From: Candidatus Delongbacteria bacterium
GTDB taxonomy: Bacteria; CAIWAD01
Reading direction: 5' to 3'
Length of the DNA: 64,000 nt
Assembly (NCBI GenBank): GCA_963663545.1
Contig: OY760505.1
Span: forward strand, 3,072,001-3,136,000
Shown: piece by piece, positions 19,316 through 30,388 of the stretch
Position numbering within the stretch: position 1 is the stretch's first letter
Layout of the letters: each line of letters opens with the position of its first letter
Made by a program: the position numbers and the translations under genes
The notes under the pieces: model-generated
What the model was told of the DNA's origin: nothing
Seen by the model: the letters and a program-made list of their open reading frames with translations, nothing else
Databases searched by the model: none

Positions 19316-19639
19316 GTGCCTGTCACACGAAAAGCGCCCCCAGGTCTTGGGAACATGCTTTCGCTGGCCAGACGAGCCGGCAAGCTGATCCTGGGCCTGG
19401 ACGACAGCAGGCACTTGCTGCAGAAAGGACGGTCGCTTGTGATACTGGCCGATCCAGAACTGAGCCCACGTACCCTTCGCGAATTGGAACGCCTGCCGGA
19501 AGAGAATTCCGGAGTCCGCGTCTATCTGCTGAGCGATTTTCAGCAGACGATGGAGTTTCTGGACCGTTCGGCAGTGCGCGTGGTAGCCGTCAGCGACACC
19601 GGTTTTCGTCGGGGATTGCTGCGGTTACTTGCAGAATAA
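19316..19639 (+). CDS. L7Ae/YlxQ-family RNA-binding protein
   Basis: [13 protein letters not shown]...LVILAD...VVAVSDTGF; typical position between nusA and infB. Confidence 0.8.
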   Translation: MPVTRKAPPGLGNMLSLARRAGKLILGLDDSRHLLQKGRSLVILADPELSPRTLRELERLPEENSGVRVYLLSDFQQTMEFLDRSAVRVVAVSDTGFRRGLLRLLAE

Positions 19640-19653
19640 CAGGAGTGATCAGG

Positions 19654-22600
19654 GTGCCAGAGTCCGCAAAGAAGAAGCTCAAGCTGATCAAGTTGGCCAA
19701 GGATCTGCAGCTCACGGTAAAGCACGTGCGCGAGTCCTTAGAGAAGATGGGCTTTGAACCGCCCAAGTCGCCCAACGCGGCCATCAGCGAAGAGATGTAC
19801 GAAGCTGCACTGCGTGCCCATGCTCCCCACCTCTATGAGGAGTGGCGCGACAATGTGGACGATGACGAGCAGCCCGAGACCGAGGCTGCCGATGCGCGTC
19901 GCAAGCAGGTGGATGCCATTCTGCAGAGCGAAGAGCAAGAAGACGGCGAGGATTACCTGCCCAGTTCAGTTGAGCGCCTGCGCAAATTGCGCGTGATACA
20001 GGACGCTCCCGAAGTGGACGAGGCCGAAACCGCAGCACATGCAGCACCTGCTGAAGAGGAGCTGGAATCTGCTGTTGAAGCCGAAGTGGAGTTGGAGCCC
20101 GAGGTGGAAGCGCTTCCCGAACCTGAGCCGGAGATTGCCGTGGAGCAGGAACCGGAGCCCGAGCCCGAGCCGGAGCCCGTAGTGGAACCAGCACCCGAGC
20201 CGGTGGCTGTGGAGCCCGAAGTAGAACCGGAACCCGAGCCTGAGCCCGAGCCCGAGATTACATCGGAACCCGAAATGGCTGTGGAACCTGAGCCTGAGCC
20301 CAAGGCCACGGAGAATTCCAAGGTCAAAGAGGCGGCGAAGGAACAGCCCAAGCCTGAAGCGCCTGTGTCCAAGCCGATTGTCGAAGAACCGAAGTCCATC
20401 GACGATACGCTTTCCACAACCTCCACAGGTCGAGCAGTTGTGACACACGAGGACAAAGACAGCGAGAAGATCGACCTGCCCGTCTTCCGTCCCGGTCGCG
20501 TGTTGGGTATGCAGAAGGATCCGGAACCGGAACCTGTGCGCAAGCGTCGCGGCAAGAAGGAAAAGGACACCAAGGAGAAGGACGGTCGTGCTACAACCGC
20601 CGATTCTTCCAAGGATCCTCGTAGCGCGCCCAAGACGCAGGAGCGCGATCCCGCTGCGTCTTCGCAGAAGGACGATGACGCTCGCAGCCGCAAGCGCAGT
20701 TCGAAGCGCACGAAGAGCGAAGAAGAGCGCCTGGCCCGTATCGAGCAGAATCGCGATCGTCAGGCTCCCCAGGGAGCCGCTGCTAGCAAGCGTCGCAAGA
20801 AAAAGGGCAAGGTCAAGATCTCCGAGGAGGAGATTAAAGCCGCCGTGCGTGAGACAACGCGCGCCATGGAAGGACATAAGAAGCGCAAGCACCGCAAGCT
20901 CAAGGGCGTGGGTGAGGCGATCGAGGATACCAACATCCTGCGTCTCACCGAGTACCTGACCACCAACGAGCTGGCCGAGCTGTTGGATGTGCCGGTTTCC
21001 GAGCTGATCAAGAAGTGCTTCCTGATGGGCACCATGATCACCATCAACCAGCGTCTTGAGCGCGAGATGATTGAGCTGCTGTGCGACGACTACGGCTACG
21101 AAGTCGAGTTCCTGAGCGAGTTCGATGAGGAAGAAGAAGTCGAGGAGGTCGTCGACGACGCCTTGCTTGAGCCGCGTCATCCAGTGGTTACAGTCATGGG
21201 TCACGTGGATCACGGTAAAACATCGGTGCTGGATTTCATCCGCCGCACCAATGTGGTTTCCGGTGAGGCTGGTGGTATCACGCAGCACATCGGTGCCTAC
21301 GAAGTTGAGCACAACAACCAGCGTATCACATTCCTTGATACGCCGGGTCACCATTCCTTTACGGCCATGCGTGCTCGCGGTGCCCAGGCAACCGACGTGG
21401 TTGTGCTGGTGGTTGCCGCCGATGACCGCGTGCAGGAGCAGACCAAGGAAGCCATCGATCACGCTTTGGCGGCCAAGGTGCCCATTATCGTGGCGGTGAA
21501 CAAGATCGACAAGCCCAACGCCGATGTGCAGCGCATTCGCAAGGAGCTGGCCCAGTACAACATCCTCGTCGAGGATTGGGGCGGCAAATACCAGTGCGTT
21601 GATGTGAGTGCGAAGAAGGGCACCAACATGGATCAGCTCCTCGAAGAGATTCTGATCTGCGCCGAGATGCTGGAGCTCAAGGCCCAGCGCGAAGGCGAGG
21701 CCCGTGGTGTGGTTATTGAAGCCCAGCTCGACAAGGGACGTGGTGCGGTCACCACAGTACTGGTGCAGCGCGGTACGCTGAAGAAGGGCGATGCCGTTAC
21801 GGCGGGTACGGCCACCGGACGCGTGCGCATGATGATCGATGAGCGAGGTCGCGAGCGCGTGGATGCGCCGCCTTCGACGCCGGTGCAGCTCCTGGGTCTG
21901 GATTCAGTGCCACAGGCCGGTGATACACTGATCGTGTATCCCAACGAGCGTGATGCGCGTAACACAGCCCTGCGCCGCCGTCAGATTCAGCGCGAGCAGA
22001 ACCAGCAGAGCATCAGCCGCTTCACGACACTGGCCGACCTTTCCAGCCGTATCGCACAGGGCGAGATCCAGGAACTGCCGGTGCTGATCAAGGGTGACGT
22101 GGACGGCTCCATCGGCGCCATCGCCGACGAGCTGATGAAGATGCAGACCAAGGAAGTGCGCGTGAATGTGATCCACCGCAGTGTGGGTAACATTACAGAG
22201 AACGATGTGCTGCTGGCCAAGGCTGCGGGTGCCATCATCATCGGTTTCCACGTGCATCCCACACCCAACGCCCGCGAGCTGGCTCAGCGTGAGCGCGTCG
22301 ACGTGCGCCTCTATCGCATCATCTACGAGGTGGTGGAGGAGATCCATGCGGCCCTCGAGGGTCTGCTCAGGCCGGACTTCGAAGAGGAAGTGCTGGGTAC
22401 GGCAGAAGTGCGCCAGGTTTTCCGCATCAACCGCAAGGCGGTGGCAGGCTGCATGGTGGTCAACGGCAAGATCGAGCGTCACGCCAAGGCTCGTCTGGTG
22501 CGCGAGAACGAAGTGCTGTGGGAAGGTCACATGTCCAGTCTCAAGCGCTTCAAGGACGACGCCAAGGAAGTGGCTCAGGGCTTCGAATGCGGTATTCAGC

Positions 22601-22695
22601 TGGATGGCTTCAACGATCTGCGTGAGGGCGACCTGGTTCACGCCTTCGTGATGAAGGAGATCCTGCGCCGTCTTGACCTGAACGAGGAAAAGTGA
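19654..22695 (+). CDS. infB: Translation initiation factor IF-2
   Basis: [29 protein letters not shown]; long Glu/Pro-rich N-terminal linker; alternative GTG start at 19645. Confidence 0.98.
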   Translation: MPESAKKKLKLIKLAKDLQLTVKHVRESLEKMGFEPPKSPNAAISEEMYEAALRAHAPHLYEEWRDNVDDDEQPETEAADARRKQVDAILQSEEQEDGEDYLPSSVERLRKLRVIQDAPEVDEAETAAHAAPAEEELESAVEAEVELEPEVEALPEPEPEIAVEQEPEPEPEPEPVVEPAPEPVAVEPEVEPEPEPEPEPEITSEPEMAVEPEPEPKATENSKVKEAAKEQPKPEAPVSKPIVEEPKSIDDTLSTTSTGRAVVTHEDKDSEKIDLPVFRPGRVLGMQKDPEPEPVRKRRGKKEKDTKEKDGRATTADSSKDPRSAPKTQERDPAASSQKDDDARSRKRSSKRTKSEEERLARIEQNRDRQAPQGAAASKRRKKKGKVKISEEEIKAAVRETTRAMEGHKKRKHRKLKGVGEAIEDTNILRLTEYLTTNELAELLDVPVSELIKKCFLMGTMITINQRLEREMIELLCDDYGYEVEFLSEFDEEEEVEEVVDDALLEPRHPVVTVMGHVDHGKTSVLDFIRRTNVVSGEAGGITQHIGAYEVEHNNQRITFLDTPGHHSFTAMRARGAQATDVVVLVVAADDRVQEQTKEAIDHALAAKVPIIVAVNKIDKPNADVQRIRKELAQYNILVEDWGGKYQCVDVSAKKGTNMDQLLEEILICAEMLELKAQREGEARGVVIEAQLDKGRGAVTTVLVQRGTLKKGDAVTAGTATGRVRMMIDERGRERVDAPPSTPVQLLGLDSVPQAGDTLIVYPNERDARNTALRRRQIQREQNQQSISRFTTLADLSSRIAQGEIQELPVLIKGDVDGSIGAIADELMKMQTKEVRVNVIHRSVGNITENDVLLAKAAGAIIIGFHVHPTPNARELAQRERVDVRLYRIIYEVVEEIHAALEGLLRPDFEEEVLGTAEVRQVFRINRKAVAGCMVVNGKIERHAKARLVRENEVLWEGHMSSLKRFKDDAKEVAQGFECGIQLDGFNDLREGDLVHAFVMKEILRRLDLNEEK
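20080..20300 (+). repeat. Low-complexity Glu-Pro coding repeat in the IF-2 N-terminal region
   Basis: Iterated GAGCCC/GAACCG/GAGCCT hexamers encoding EPEPEP. Confidence 0.85.
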
Positions 22696-22698
22696 TCC

Positions 22699-23100
22699 AT
22701 GGCCAGTGAGAAGCGACAGCAGCGCGTTGCGGAGCAGATTCGCAAAGAACTCAGCCAGATCCTGTTGCGGCTGAACTCCGAGCTGTTCGCGCGTGTTACA
22801 CTGCCTGAAGTGCGGCTTTCAAATGACCTGACTCACGCCCGAGTGTTTGTCAGTGTCATGGCGGGAGGCCCCGGCGGTGCAAGTCGTGCCATGCGGGAGT
22901 TGGAGAAGATCAAGCGTGAGCTGCGCATGGAACTGGCTTCCCGGTTGCGCATTCGCTCGGTGCCGGAACTCTCTTTCATTCACGACGACTCGCTGGATCG
23001 TGTTGAGCGTGTGGAAAACCTGCTTGATCAGATCCGCCACGAGCGCGGTGATGAGGAAGACGGTGATACAACGCAGACGAAGGACCCGACGCTGCAATGA
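22699..23100 (+). CDS. rbfA: 30S ribosome-binding factor A
   Basis: RQQRVAEQIRKELS, V.LSNDL.HARVFVS, LRIRSVPELSFIHDDS. Confidence 0.95.
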   Translation: MASEKRQQRVAEQIRKELSQILLRLNSELFARVTLPEVRLSNDLTHARVFVSVMAGGPGGASRAMRELEKIKRELRMELASRLRIRSVPELSFIHDDSLDRVERVENLLDQIRHERGDEEDGDTTQTKDPTLQ

Positions 23101-23846
23101 AGGACTGCAACCAGGTGCTGCCTATCCTGGATTGTGATACAATGAATACTGCCCCGGATCTGCAGCTGCAGGACGGGGCAGTGCTTCTGATGGACAAACC
23201 TGAAGGCTTGACTTCGTTTGGCGTTGTGGCCCGTGTACGGCGTCTTGCGAAGGTCCGCAAGGTCGGACACACAGGCACGCTGGATCCCTTTGCTACCGGT
23301 CTGCTGATTGTGTTGGTGGGCAAGAAGGCTACACGTATGCAAGATACCCTGATGGGCCACGACAAAGTCTATCAGGCACGTCTGCGACTTGGTGTCACCA
23401 GTGATACACTCGATCGCACCGGCGAGGTGATACAGACCTGGCAGGGCGATTGTCCTTTTGACGAGGACGCACTCGAGACTTGTCTTTCGCAGTTTCGAGG
23501 CGAGATCGAACAAGTGCCCCCTATGTTCTCAGCTCTGAAGCAGGGCGGCGTACGACTCTACAAGAAAGCGCGCCGTGGCGAGGAAGTGGAGCGACCTGCG
23601 CGCAGTGTTGTGATACATCGGCTGGAGGCAACCCATTTTAGTTGGCCCTTCCTGGACCTGGAGGTGGCCTGCAGCAAAGGGACCTACATCCGCAGCCTTG
23701 CCGATGATATCGGTCGAACGCTGGGGACAGGTGCCCTGGTTGAGGAACTCCGCCGCACGCGCATTGGCGAACACGATGTAACACGCGCCCTCAGCCTGGA
23801 GCAGTTGAGCGAAGTCCTCGAGCAGAAAGAGATAGACCATGGCTGA
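23097..23846 (+). CDS. truB: tRNA pseudouridine(55) synthase
   Basis: DKPEGLTSF, KVGHTGTLDPFATG, QVPPMFSA, CSKGTYIRSLA. Confidence 0.97.
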   Translation: MKDCNQVLPILDCDTMNTAPDLQLQDGAVLLMDKPEGLTSFGVVARVRRLAKVRKVGHTGTLDPFATGLLIVLVGKKATRMQDTLMGHDKVYQARLRLGVTSDTLDRTGEVIQTWQGDCPFDEDALETCLSQFRGEIEQVPPMFSALKQGGVRLYKKARRGEEVERPARSVVIHRLEATHFSWPFLDLEVACSKGTYIRSLADDIGRTLGTGALVEELRRTRIGEHDVTRALSLEQLSEVLEQKEIDHG

Positions 23847-24795
23847 TCAGATCGACAGCCTGCCGATGCCGGGACCCTTTCCCGGCTGCGTCCTTACCGT
23901 CGGCACCTTCGATGGCGTGCACATCGGCCATCGCCACTTGTTGCAGCGGGTTCGCGCATACGCGCGCGAGCTGAGACTTCCTTCGGTCGTGGTCACCTTC
24001 TGGCCACATCCGCGCAGCGTGATACAATCCACGGGTGTTGATCTGCTTTGCGATCGAACTGAGCGATTGGAGCTGCTGCGAAGCTTCTGCCTGGATCACG
24101 TCGTTGAGCTGGATTTCGACAGCGCGCTTTCCAGAATGCCCGCCGCCGATTTCGTGCAGGAGATCCTGCTGGAGCGTCTGGGGATGCGCCACTTGCTCAT
24201 GGGCTACGATCACGCTTTCGGCCGTGGCCGCGATGGAACCCCCGTGCACATGCGTGCGCTCGCGGAGCGCTTCGGCTTCGAGGTGGAGTTTCTGGAAGCG
24301 CTGCAGGTGCAGGGCGAGCCGGTCAGTTCCACGCGCATTCGGCGCGAGCTGGCTGCGGCGAATCTGGAACAGGCGACTCGCCTGCTGGGACGCGCTTACA
24401 GCTTTCACGGTGAAGTCGTTCACGGCGACGCACGCGGGCGGAGCATCGGCTTTCCCACGGCGAACCTGCAGCTGGAGGCGCACAAGGTGCTGCCGCGCGA
24501 AGGCGTCTACGCGGTTTGCGTGCATGTGCAGGACCGCGTCTACGGCGGCATGATGAATCTGGGCGCACGGCCCACCTTCGATGATCCGCGACCGCTGCCC
24601 GAGATCCATCTTCTCGACTTCCAGGGCGATCTGTACGGACAGGATCTGGTTATTGAACTTGTGGAGTACATTCGCGATACTATTCGGTTCGAATCGATAA
24701 CTCATCTGCGAGACCAATTGCGGATGGATGAACAACAGGTTCGCGCCCTGCTTGCATCCCGGTGCCGGTTGCAGGCTGAGCCCGAACAGAAATGA
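23839..24795 (+). CDS. ribF: Bifunctional riboflavin kinase/FAD synthetase
   Basis: [51 protein letters not shown]. Confidence 0.97.
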   Translation: MADQIDSLPMPGPFPGCVLTVGTFDGVHIGHRHLLQRVRAYARELRLPSVVVTFWPHPRSVIQSTGVDLLCDRTERLELLRSFCLDHVVELDFDSALSRMPAADFVQEILLERLGMRHLLMGYDHAFGRGRDGTPVHMRALAERFGFEVEFLEALQVQGEPVSSTRIRRELAAANLEQATRLLGRAYSFHGEVVHGDARGRSIGFPTANLQLEAHKVLPREGVYAVCVHVQDRVYGGMMNLGARPTFDDPRPLPEIHLLDFQGDLYGQDLVIELVEYIRDTIRFESITHLRDQLRMDEQQVRALLASRCRLQAEPEQK

Positions 24796-24805
24796 GGAGA
24801 TCGTC

Positions 24806-25075
24806 ATGACGATCGCGAAAGATCGCACCAAAGAGCTGGTCGGACAGTTCGGCCAGGACGAGAAGGACTCGGGCAACGTTCGCGTGCAGATTGCCATTCT
24901 GACCGAGCGTATTCGCAACCTCACCGAGCACAGCAAGCAGCATCCGAAGGATCACCACACCCGTCGTGGTCTGCTGCGCCTGGTCGGAAAGCGCCGTCGT
25001 CTGCAGGCCTACCTGCAGAAGGTGGATCTTGAGGGTTACCGCGTCCTGATTCAGGAACTGGGACTGCGCCGTTAG
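24806..25075 (+). CDS. rpsO: 30S ribosomal protein S15
   Basis: [21 protein letters not shown]...[20 protein letters not shown]. Confidence 0.97.
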   Translation: MTIAKDRTKELVGQFGQDEKDSGNVRVQIAILTERIRNLTEHSKQHPKDHHTRRGLLRLVGKRRRLQAYLQKVDLEGYRVLIQELGLRR

Positions 25076-25182
25076 TGGGCTTCTTACGAGCTAATTGCCC
25101 ACTCGTGCTCAGGACAACCTGGAATTTGTAGGTTGTGTACCGGCCGTCTCCCTGCTGGAAGGCGGCCGGTCTGTTATTTGAC

Positions 25183-25259
25183 GCATCGACCTGAACCAGG
25201 CACAGCGGCGGGTGGATAACAAGTCCTTCCACCGGTGTGCCTCCTTTGGGATCGATGCC
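25183..25259 (+). promoter_or_regulatory. Long irregular stem-loop in the pnp leader (candidate RNase III processing site)
   Basis: Nested pairings GCATCGA/TCGATGC, AGGCACA/TGTGCCT, GGTGGA/TCCACC; analogous to the rpsO-pnp leader of other bacteria. Confidence 0.5.
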
Positions 25260-25310
25260 GGTTCGTGTATCACGAAAGTCTCGTGATACAAAATCCAACT
25301 TGGAGTATTT

Positions 25311-27560
25311 ATGATGTTGGAAAAAAGCATCGATCTCGCTGGCCGCAAGCTAACCTTCCAAACGGGGAAGGTGGCCAAGCAGGCCATGGGATCTGTCTGG
25401 GTACGTTTCGAGGACACCATCGTCCTGGTGACGACCTGTGCCGAAGAGAAGGCCCGTGCCGGCCAGGATTTCTTTCCGCTGACCGTCGAGTACCGCGAGA
25501 AACAGTACGCGGCAGGCCGCTTCCCTGGCGGCTTCTTCAAGCGCGAAGCACGTCCCGGTGAGAACGAGATTCTGAGTGCGCGTCTGATCGACCGCCCGCT
25601 GCGTCCGCTCTTCGCCGACGGTTACATGAACGAGACCCAGGTCATCTGCTACGTCTTCAGCTATGACAAAAGCTGCGACCCCGGTCCGCTCGCCTGCTGC
25701 GCCGCCAGCCTGGCCCTGTGCGCCAGCCCCATTCCCTTCAAGCGCCCCGTTGCCTCTGTGCAGGTGGCCCGCGTCAACGGTCAGCCGGTGGTCAACCCCT
25801 CCCTCGAGCAGCTTGAAGCCGCCGATGTGGAGATGGTGGTCGCCGCCACTCGCGAATCTATCGCCATGGTGGAAGGCGAGAGCGCCGAGATCAGCGAAAA
25901 CGAAATGCTGGAGCTGATCCGCTTCGCGCACGAGCACATTCGCGCCATCATTGATCTGCAGGAAGCCATGCTGGCCGAGATGGGTGAGGTGCAGAAGTGG
26001 GAAGTGGCGCTGCCCGAGATCGACACTGAACTGAAGGCCAGCCTGGACGAGCAGGCGGTTGCCGGCGTGCGCGAGATCTGCCGTATTGCCGACAAGACCG
26101 CGCGCAAGGCGGCCATTCGCGAGCTGGAAGAGCGCATTCTGGCACCCTTTGCCGAAGCCGGTGATGGGGATCGCCTGGCCGAGGCCGATTCGCTTCTGGG
26201 CGAAGTCGTGCACGACCGCATGAAGGAATTCATGCGCGGCACCATTCTGGAAGAAGGCGTGCGTCTGGACGGTCGCGGCACCACGGACATTCGTCCCATC
26301 GCTTGCGAAGTGGACATCCTGCCCCGCACCCACGGTTCGGCCCTCTTCACGCGCGGCCAGACTCAGGCTCTGGGCACCATAACCCTGGGTACCAGCCTGG
26401 ACGCTCAGCGCATGGACGGTATCTTCGGCGAGCATAGCCGCACCTTCATGCTGCACTACAACTTCCCGCCTTTCTCGGTGGGCGAAGTGCGTCGCATTAC
26501 CAGCACCAGCCGTCGCGAGATCGGTCACGGTAACCTGGCCGAGCGCGCGCTGAAGAACATCGTCAAGCGTGACGAGTTCCCCTACACCGTGCGTCTGGTG
26601 AGCGAAGTGCTGGAATCAAACGGTTCCAGTTCGATGGCCAGCGTCTGCACCGGTTCGATGGCGCTGATGGCGGCTGGCGTGCCCATGCACCGCCCGGTGG
26701 CTGGAATCGCCATGGGTCTGGTGAAGGAAGACGAGCGCGTGGCCGTGCTGTCCGACATCCTGGGCGACGAGGATCACCTGGGCGACATGGACTTCAAGGT
26801 CTGCGGCACCAGCGAGGGTATCACCGCTTTCCAGATGGACATCAAGATCGACGGCATCACCTACGAGATCATGGAAACCGCGTTGCAGCAGGCTAAGGCA
26901 GGACGCGCGCACATTCTGGGTTGCATGGCGGAAGCCATCACCGAGACGCGCGATGAGCTTTCGCCCTTCGCGCCGCGCCTTGAGAGCGTGCAGGTGCCTG
27001 TGGACAAAATCGGCATGATCATTGGCCCCGGCGGTAAGATGGTGCGCGAGATCCAGGAAGCCACCGGCTCCAAGATCGACATCGCCGACGACGGAACCGT
27101 CACCATCGCCTGCGACGACGGCCCCTCGCTGGCCCGTGCGGTCCAGTGGATTCGCGATATCGTTGCCGAGCCCGAAGTGGGCGCCACGTATCACGGCAAG
27201 GTGGTCAGCCTGGTCGAGTTCGGTGCCTTTGTGGAGATCATGCCCGGTCGTGAAGGTCTGCTGCACATCAGCGAGATCGACTGGGGCCGTACCGAGCGCG
27301 TCGAGGACGTACTGAAGGTGGGCGACAAGGTGGACGTGCTGCTTAAGAGCACCGAGAACAACAAGCTTAGCCTCAGCCGTCGCGCGCTGCTGCCCAAGCC
27401 GGAAGGCTGGGAGGAGCGTCCGCGTCGTGAAGATCGCGGTCCTCGCCCGGGCGGTGATCGTGGTCCGCGTCCCGGTGGCGATCGTGGACGTCCGCGCGGC
27501 AATGATCGTGGCGACCGTGGCGGAAGCCGCGGTGATCGTCGTCCGCCGCGACGGGACTAG
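25311..27560 (+). CDS. pnp: Polyribonucleotide nucleotidyltransferase (PNPase)
   Basis: DFFPLTVEYRE, RLIDRPLRPLF, RREIGHG, ESNGSSSMAS, GDMDFKV, KH and S1 domains, Arg/Gly/Asp-rich tail. Confidence 0.98.
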   Translation: MMLEKSIDLAGRKLTFQTGKVAKQAMGSVWVRFEDTIVLVTTCAEEKARAGQDFFPLTVEYREKQYAAGRFPGGFFKREARPGENEILSARLIDRPLRPLFADGYMNETQVICYVFSYDKSCDPGPLACCAASLALCASPIPFKRPVASVQVARVNGQPVVNPSLEQLEAADVEMVVAATRESIAMVEGESAEISENEMLELIRFAHEHIRAIIDLQEAMLAEMGEVQKWEVALPEIDTELKASLDEQAVAGVREICRIADKTARKAAIRELEERILAPFAEAGDGDRLAEADSLLGEVVHDRMKEFMRGTILEEGVRLDGRGTTDIRPIACEVDILPRTHGSALFTRGQTQALGTITLGTSLDAQRMDGIFGEHSRTFMLHYNFPPFSVGEVRRITSTSRREIGHGNLAERALKNIVKRDEFPYTVRLVSEVLESNGSSSMASVCTGSMALMAAGVPMHRPVAGIAMGLVKEDERVAVLSDILGDEDHLGDMDFKVCGTSEGITAFQMDIKIDGITYEIMETALQQAKAGRAHILGCMAEAITETRDELSPFAPRLESVQVPVDKIGMIIGPGGKMVREIQEATGSKIDIADDGTVTIACDDGPSLARAVQWIRDIVAEPEVGATYHGKVVSLVEFGAFVEIMPGREGLLHISEIDWGRTERVEDVLKVGDKVDVLLKSTENNKLSLSRRALLPKPEGWEERPRREDRGPRPGGDRGPRPGGDRGRPRGNDRGDRGGSRGDRRPPRRD

Positions 27561-27584
27561 TCCTTTTCTGATTTTGCCTTTGAT

Positions 27585-27610
27585 GGGGCGGCGCGAGTCG
27601 CCCCTTTTTT
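27585..27610 (+). terminator. Intrinsic terminator after pnp
   Basis: GGGGCGGC-GCGA-GTCGCCCC followed by TTTTTT. Confidence 0.85.
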
Positions 27611-27618
27611 GAGCCCGA

Positions 27619-27653
27619 GGGGTCTGACACGTGTCAGAGCAGTGTCTGACCCC
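27619..27653. repeat. REP-like palindrome
   Basis: GGGGTCTGACAC...GTGTCTGACCCC imperfect inverted repeat overlapping the perfect palindrome TCTGACACGTGTCAGA (27623-27638). Confidence 0.6.
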
Positions 27654-27760
27654 CACCTGGCACCTCGAGATCCATTCCGTCCACACACGCTGACACTGCG
27701 CCACATTTTGCTCCTTCGCCGTGCTCAGAGTCCTTATCTTCCGGTATCACAAGCGAAGGG

Positions 27761-30325
27761 ATGGACAGCGTGACACACGGGGAATTCACACAGAGTATCG
27801 TCGGACGACAAAGGGCTTGGCTGGCAACCTGGCTTTTGCTGCTATTGCTGCGCGTGGCGCAGGCGGCAGTCTATCAAGTCCCTTCCGAGATTGCAGACCT
27901 GCAACAGGCTCTCGATGCCTGCCAGTCGGGAGACACGGTGCTTGTTGCTCGCGGAGAGTACCATGGCCTGTTTGCTCTACCTGAATGCGATGTACACCTC
28001 TACTCGCACCATGTGCTGACGGGTGACACGCTGGATGTGGAAGAGACCATTCTGGATGGCGATTCACTCGGTTCGATTCTAAGCTCGGCCGAGGATCCAT
28101 TCTGCATTGACGTGCAGGGATTTACGTTCAGGCATGGATTGGGACGTGAGATTAATGATGTCTCGTACAGCGGGGGCATTGATGCACAGGCTTCAACTAA
28201 ACTTCGAGTGGATCACTGCGTCTTTCGCGAGTGCCACGCTTCGTGGAACCGAGGTGCTGCAATTCAGCAGAATACCCACCAGTATCCCCGCACTCAACTC
28301 AGCTTGGTAAGCAACTGCACAATTGTCGACTGCTATACTCAGACTCTGGTCACATGGACATGGCCTGGAGCTGTGATCCTAAGAGCTGATTCTGTTGTTG
28401 TGCACGACTTTGAGGCATACTCTACCACTACGACTGGTTTCACTGCCTTGTATGCATATGGGACCTCCTATTTGGAATGTGATGATGTACTGGTTCACGA
28501 TATGCGGACGATTGGAGATGAGTTTTTGCAGCTCAAGTCGGATGGCAATGCTCTACTTCGAGACGTGTTTGTACAGAACTGCAGGCTTGATCTGCCATAC
28601 AATGACGGATGGGGTATTTGTGGCGGGTTCGTACATGCCTATGTTGACTTCCGATTGATTGCCAAGAACATTGAGGTGTCAAACTGTATATGTACGACGG
28701 TGAATGGTGTACCTTGTGCCAATGGCGCTGTGAATGCCCTGCTCGGCGGCCACCTGGAAGCGGATTCTGTTATCATTCGAGGGTGCCATCTGGATACTGG
28801 TGAACTCCTCAGCATTGGCACGGTCGGCACCTTGCCCTTGCTTGCATCAGATTGTGTTCGAAATCTGAAGATTGAGGACTGTACTTGGGGACAAGAGGTC
28901 TACCAGGGCGAAACAGGCTCCCCTGCAACAATGCGCGAACTTGTGTACGCTGTTGGTGTCAATATGTACGATTGCTTGTTTAGGGGCATTACAAGCATGA
29001 CATTTGATTTGCCACCCACCGGACCAATGGATCGCGGCAATGTGATTGGTGGTATTCTTTTCCACTATGGTAGCTCACTGCCAGATACAATTCGCCTTAT
29101 ACGTACTCAGTTTGTTGACAATCTTGTGATTGATAGAGATGCGAACAACACAGGCGCATACGCCTGGCAACCCAATAGTGGTCGTAGCATCATTACAGGC
29201 GCGTACTTCCCACGGCACGTCTACCTGATCGATAGCTGCCAGTTCATTGAACAGAGGCAACCTAACTGGATTCCCGAGTGGGACGATGGTGCTATGACCA
29301 ATGAGGTGGGCAGCATGATCTACCACAACGGATCTGGACTTGTGATACGGAACAGTCTATTCCAGGGGATTGATGATGGTTGTGTTTATGCCCTCGGCGA
29401 TGGGGATTTTATCATTGAGAACAGTCGATTCTTGGATGTGGATCGATCTGTGATAGTGGCCTGCCCAGATACAACAGAAGGTGGGGCTGGAGGTAATGTG
29501 TTTCTCAGGAATCTTCTCCTTCAGAATAGTCAACAACGTGATTGTTTTCTCCAAAACCGAAACTACAGCTTGCAGCGGGTATTACATATCGGTCCTGCTC
29601 GGCGTGTTGTTGTGGAGAATTGTACTTGGCTAGACTGTAATCAGATTGGGATGATTGGTGGTGAGCCCATCTCACATGATATTTTTGAGGGCGTATACTT
29701 CAGGAACTGCTTGATCCAGGGCAACTCTTATGAGTTTTGGCAAGCAGGTGGTTTTGAATATGCGGATTCCCTCTTCTACTGTGTAAGTCAAGAAGAAAGA
29801 AACGGAGCCTTCAACTTGTTTGGGATTGAAACTGTGTTTGACCCCCAGCGCGGCATCCCCTTCCTAGCTGAGGGCTCCCCCTGCATCGATGCCGGCAACC
29901 CGGACGCGGCCTACAACGACATTGAAGACCCCGACGCCCCCGGCTTTGCCCTCTGGCCTTCCCAGGGCGGTTTGCGCAACGACATCGGCTGCACCGGCGG
30001 CCCCTACGCTGCTGTCCGCGAGTTCGTAAGCGTCTCCCCGAGGAGGGCTTCGACACTCCCCACTTCTCCCACACTGGGCGACGCCTACCCGAATCCCTTC
30101 AATCCCACGACGACGATTCCCTTCGTGATACAACAGCCTACCCATCTGCGCCTTTCCGTCTACAACCTTCGTGGTCAGCTTGTCGCCACCCTTGCCGACG
30201 GCGAGTTCCTTCCCGGCGAGCATCGTGTCACATTTGATGGCGCCAAATTAGCCAGCGGCGTGTACTTCATCAGCCTTCACGGAGAAGGCGTGATGGAGAC
30301 GAGGAAAGTGCTGCTGCTTAAGTGA
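27761..30325 (+). CDS. Secreted beta-helix-like protein with T9SS-type-A-like C-terminal sorting domain
   Basis: Signal peptide; YQVPSEIADLQQALD..GDTVLVARGEY start; SPCIDAGNP motif; C-terminal AYPNPFNPTTTI...YNLRGQLV...ASGVYF...KVLLLK. Confidence 0.8.
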   Translation: MDSVTHGEFTQSIVGRQRAWLATWLLLLLLRVAQAAVYQVPSEIADLQQALDACQSGDTVLVARGEYHGLFALPECDVHLYSHHVLTGDTLDVEETILDGDSLGSILSSAEDPFCIDVQGFTFRHGLGREINDVSYSGGIDAQASTKLRVDHCVFRECHASWNRGAAIQQNTHQYPRTQLSLVSNCTIVDCYTQTLVTWTWPGAVILRADSVVVHDFEAYSTTTTGFTALYAYGTSYLECDDVLVHDMRTIGDEFLQLKSDGNALLRDVFVQNCRLDLPYNDGWGICGGFVHAYVDFRLIAKNIEVSNCICTTVNGVPCANGAVNALLGGHLEADSVIIRGCHLDTGELLSIGTVGTLPLLASDCVRNLKIEDCTWGQEVYQGETGSPATMRELVYAVGVNMYDCLFRGITSMTFDLPPTGPMDRGNVIGGILFHYGSSLPDTIRLIRTQFVDNLVIDRDANNTGAYAWQPNSGRSIITGAYFPRHVYLIDSCQFIEQRQPNWIPEWDDGAMTNEVGSMIYHNGSGLVIRNSLFQGIDDGCVYALGDGDFIIENSRFLDVDRSVIVACPDTTEGGAGGNVFLRNLLLQNSQQRDCFLQNRNYSLQRVLHIGPARRVVVENCTWLDCNQIGMIGGEPISHDIFEGVYFRNCLIQGNSYEFWQAGGFEYADSLFYCVSQEERNGAFNLFGIETVFDPQRGIPFLAEGSPCIDAGNPDAAYNDIEDPDAPGFALWPSQGGLRNDIGCTGGPYAAVREFVSVSPRRASTLPTSPTLGDAYPNPFNPTTTIPFVIQQPTHLRLSVYNLRGQLVATLADGEFLPGEHRVTFDGAKLASGVYFISLHGEGVMETRKVLLLK

Positions 30326-30388
30326 TCTCCTGTTAGTTCTGAGATTCGTAATACACATGTACAAGCTGGAACATATGTGAACGCCGAA

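Noticed and set aside
19966..21462. Long antisense ORFs (also 18368-19414, 25350-26528, 26616-27704, 46145-47218, 49327-50652, 51548-52753, 53039-54229, 57620-59662, 62764-63957)
   Set aside because: Shadows of strongly codon-biased genes on the opposite strand; no recognisable motifs.
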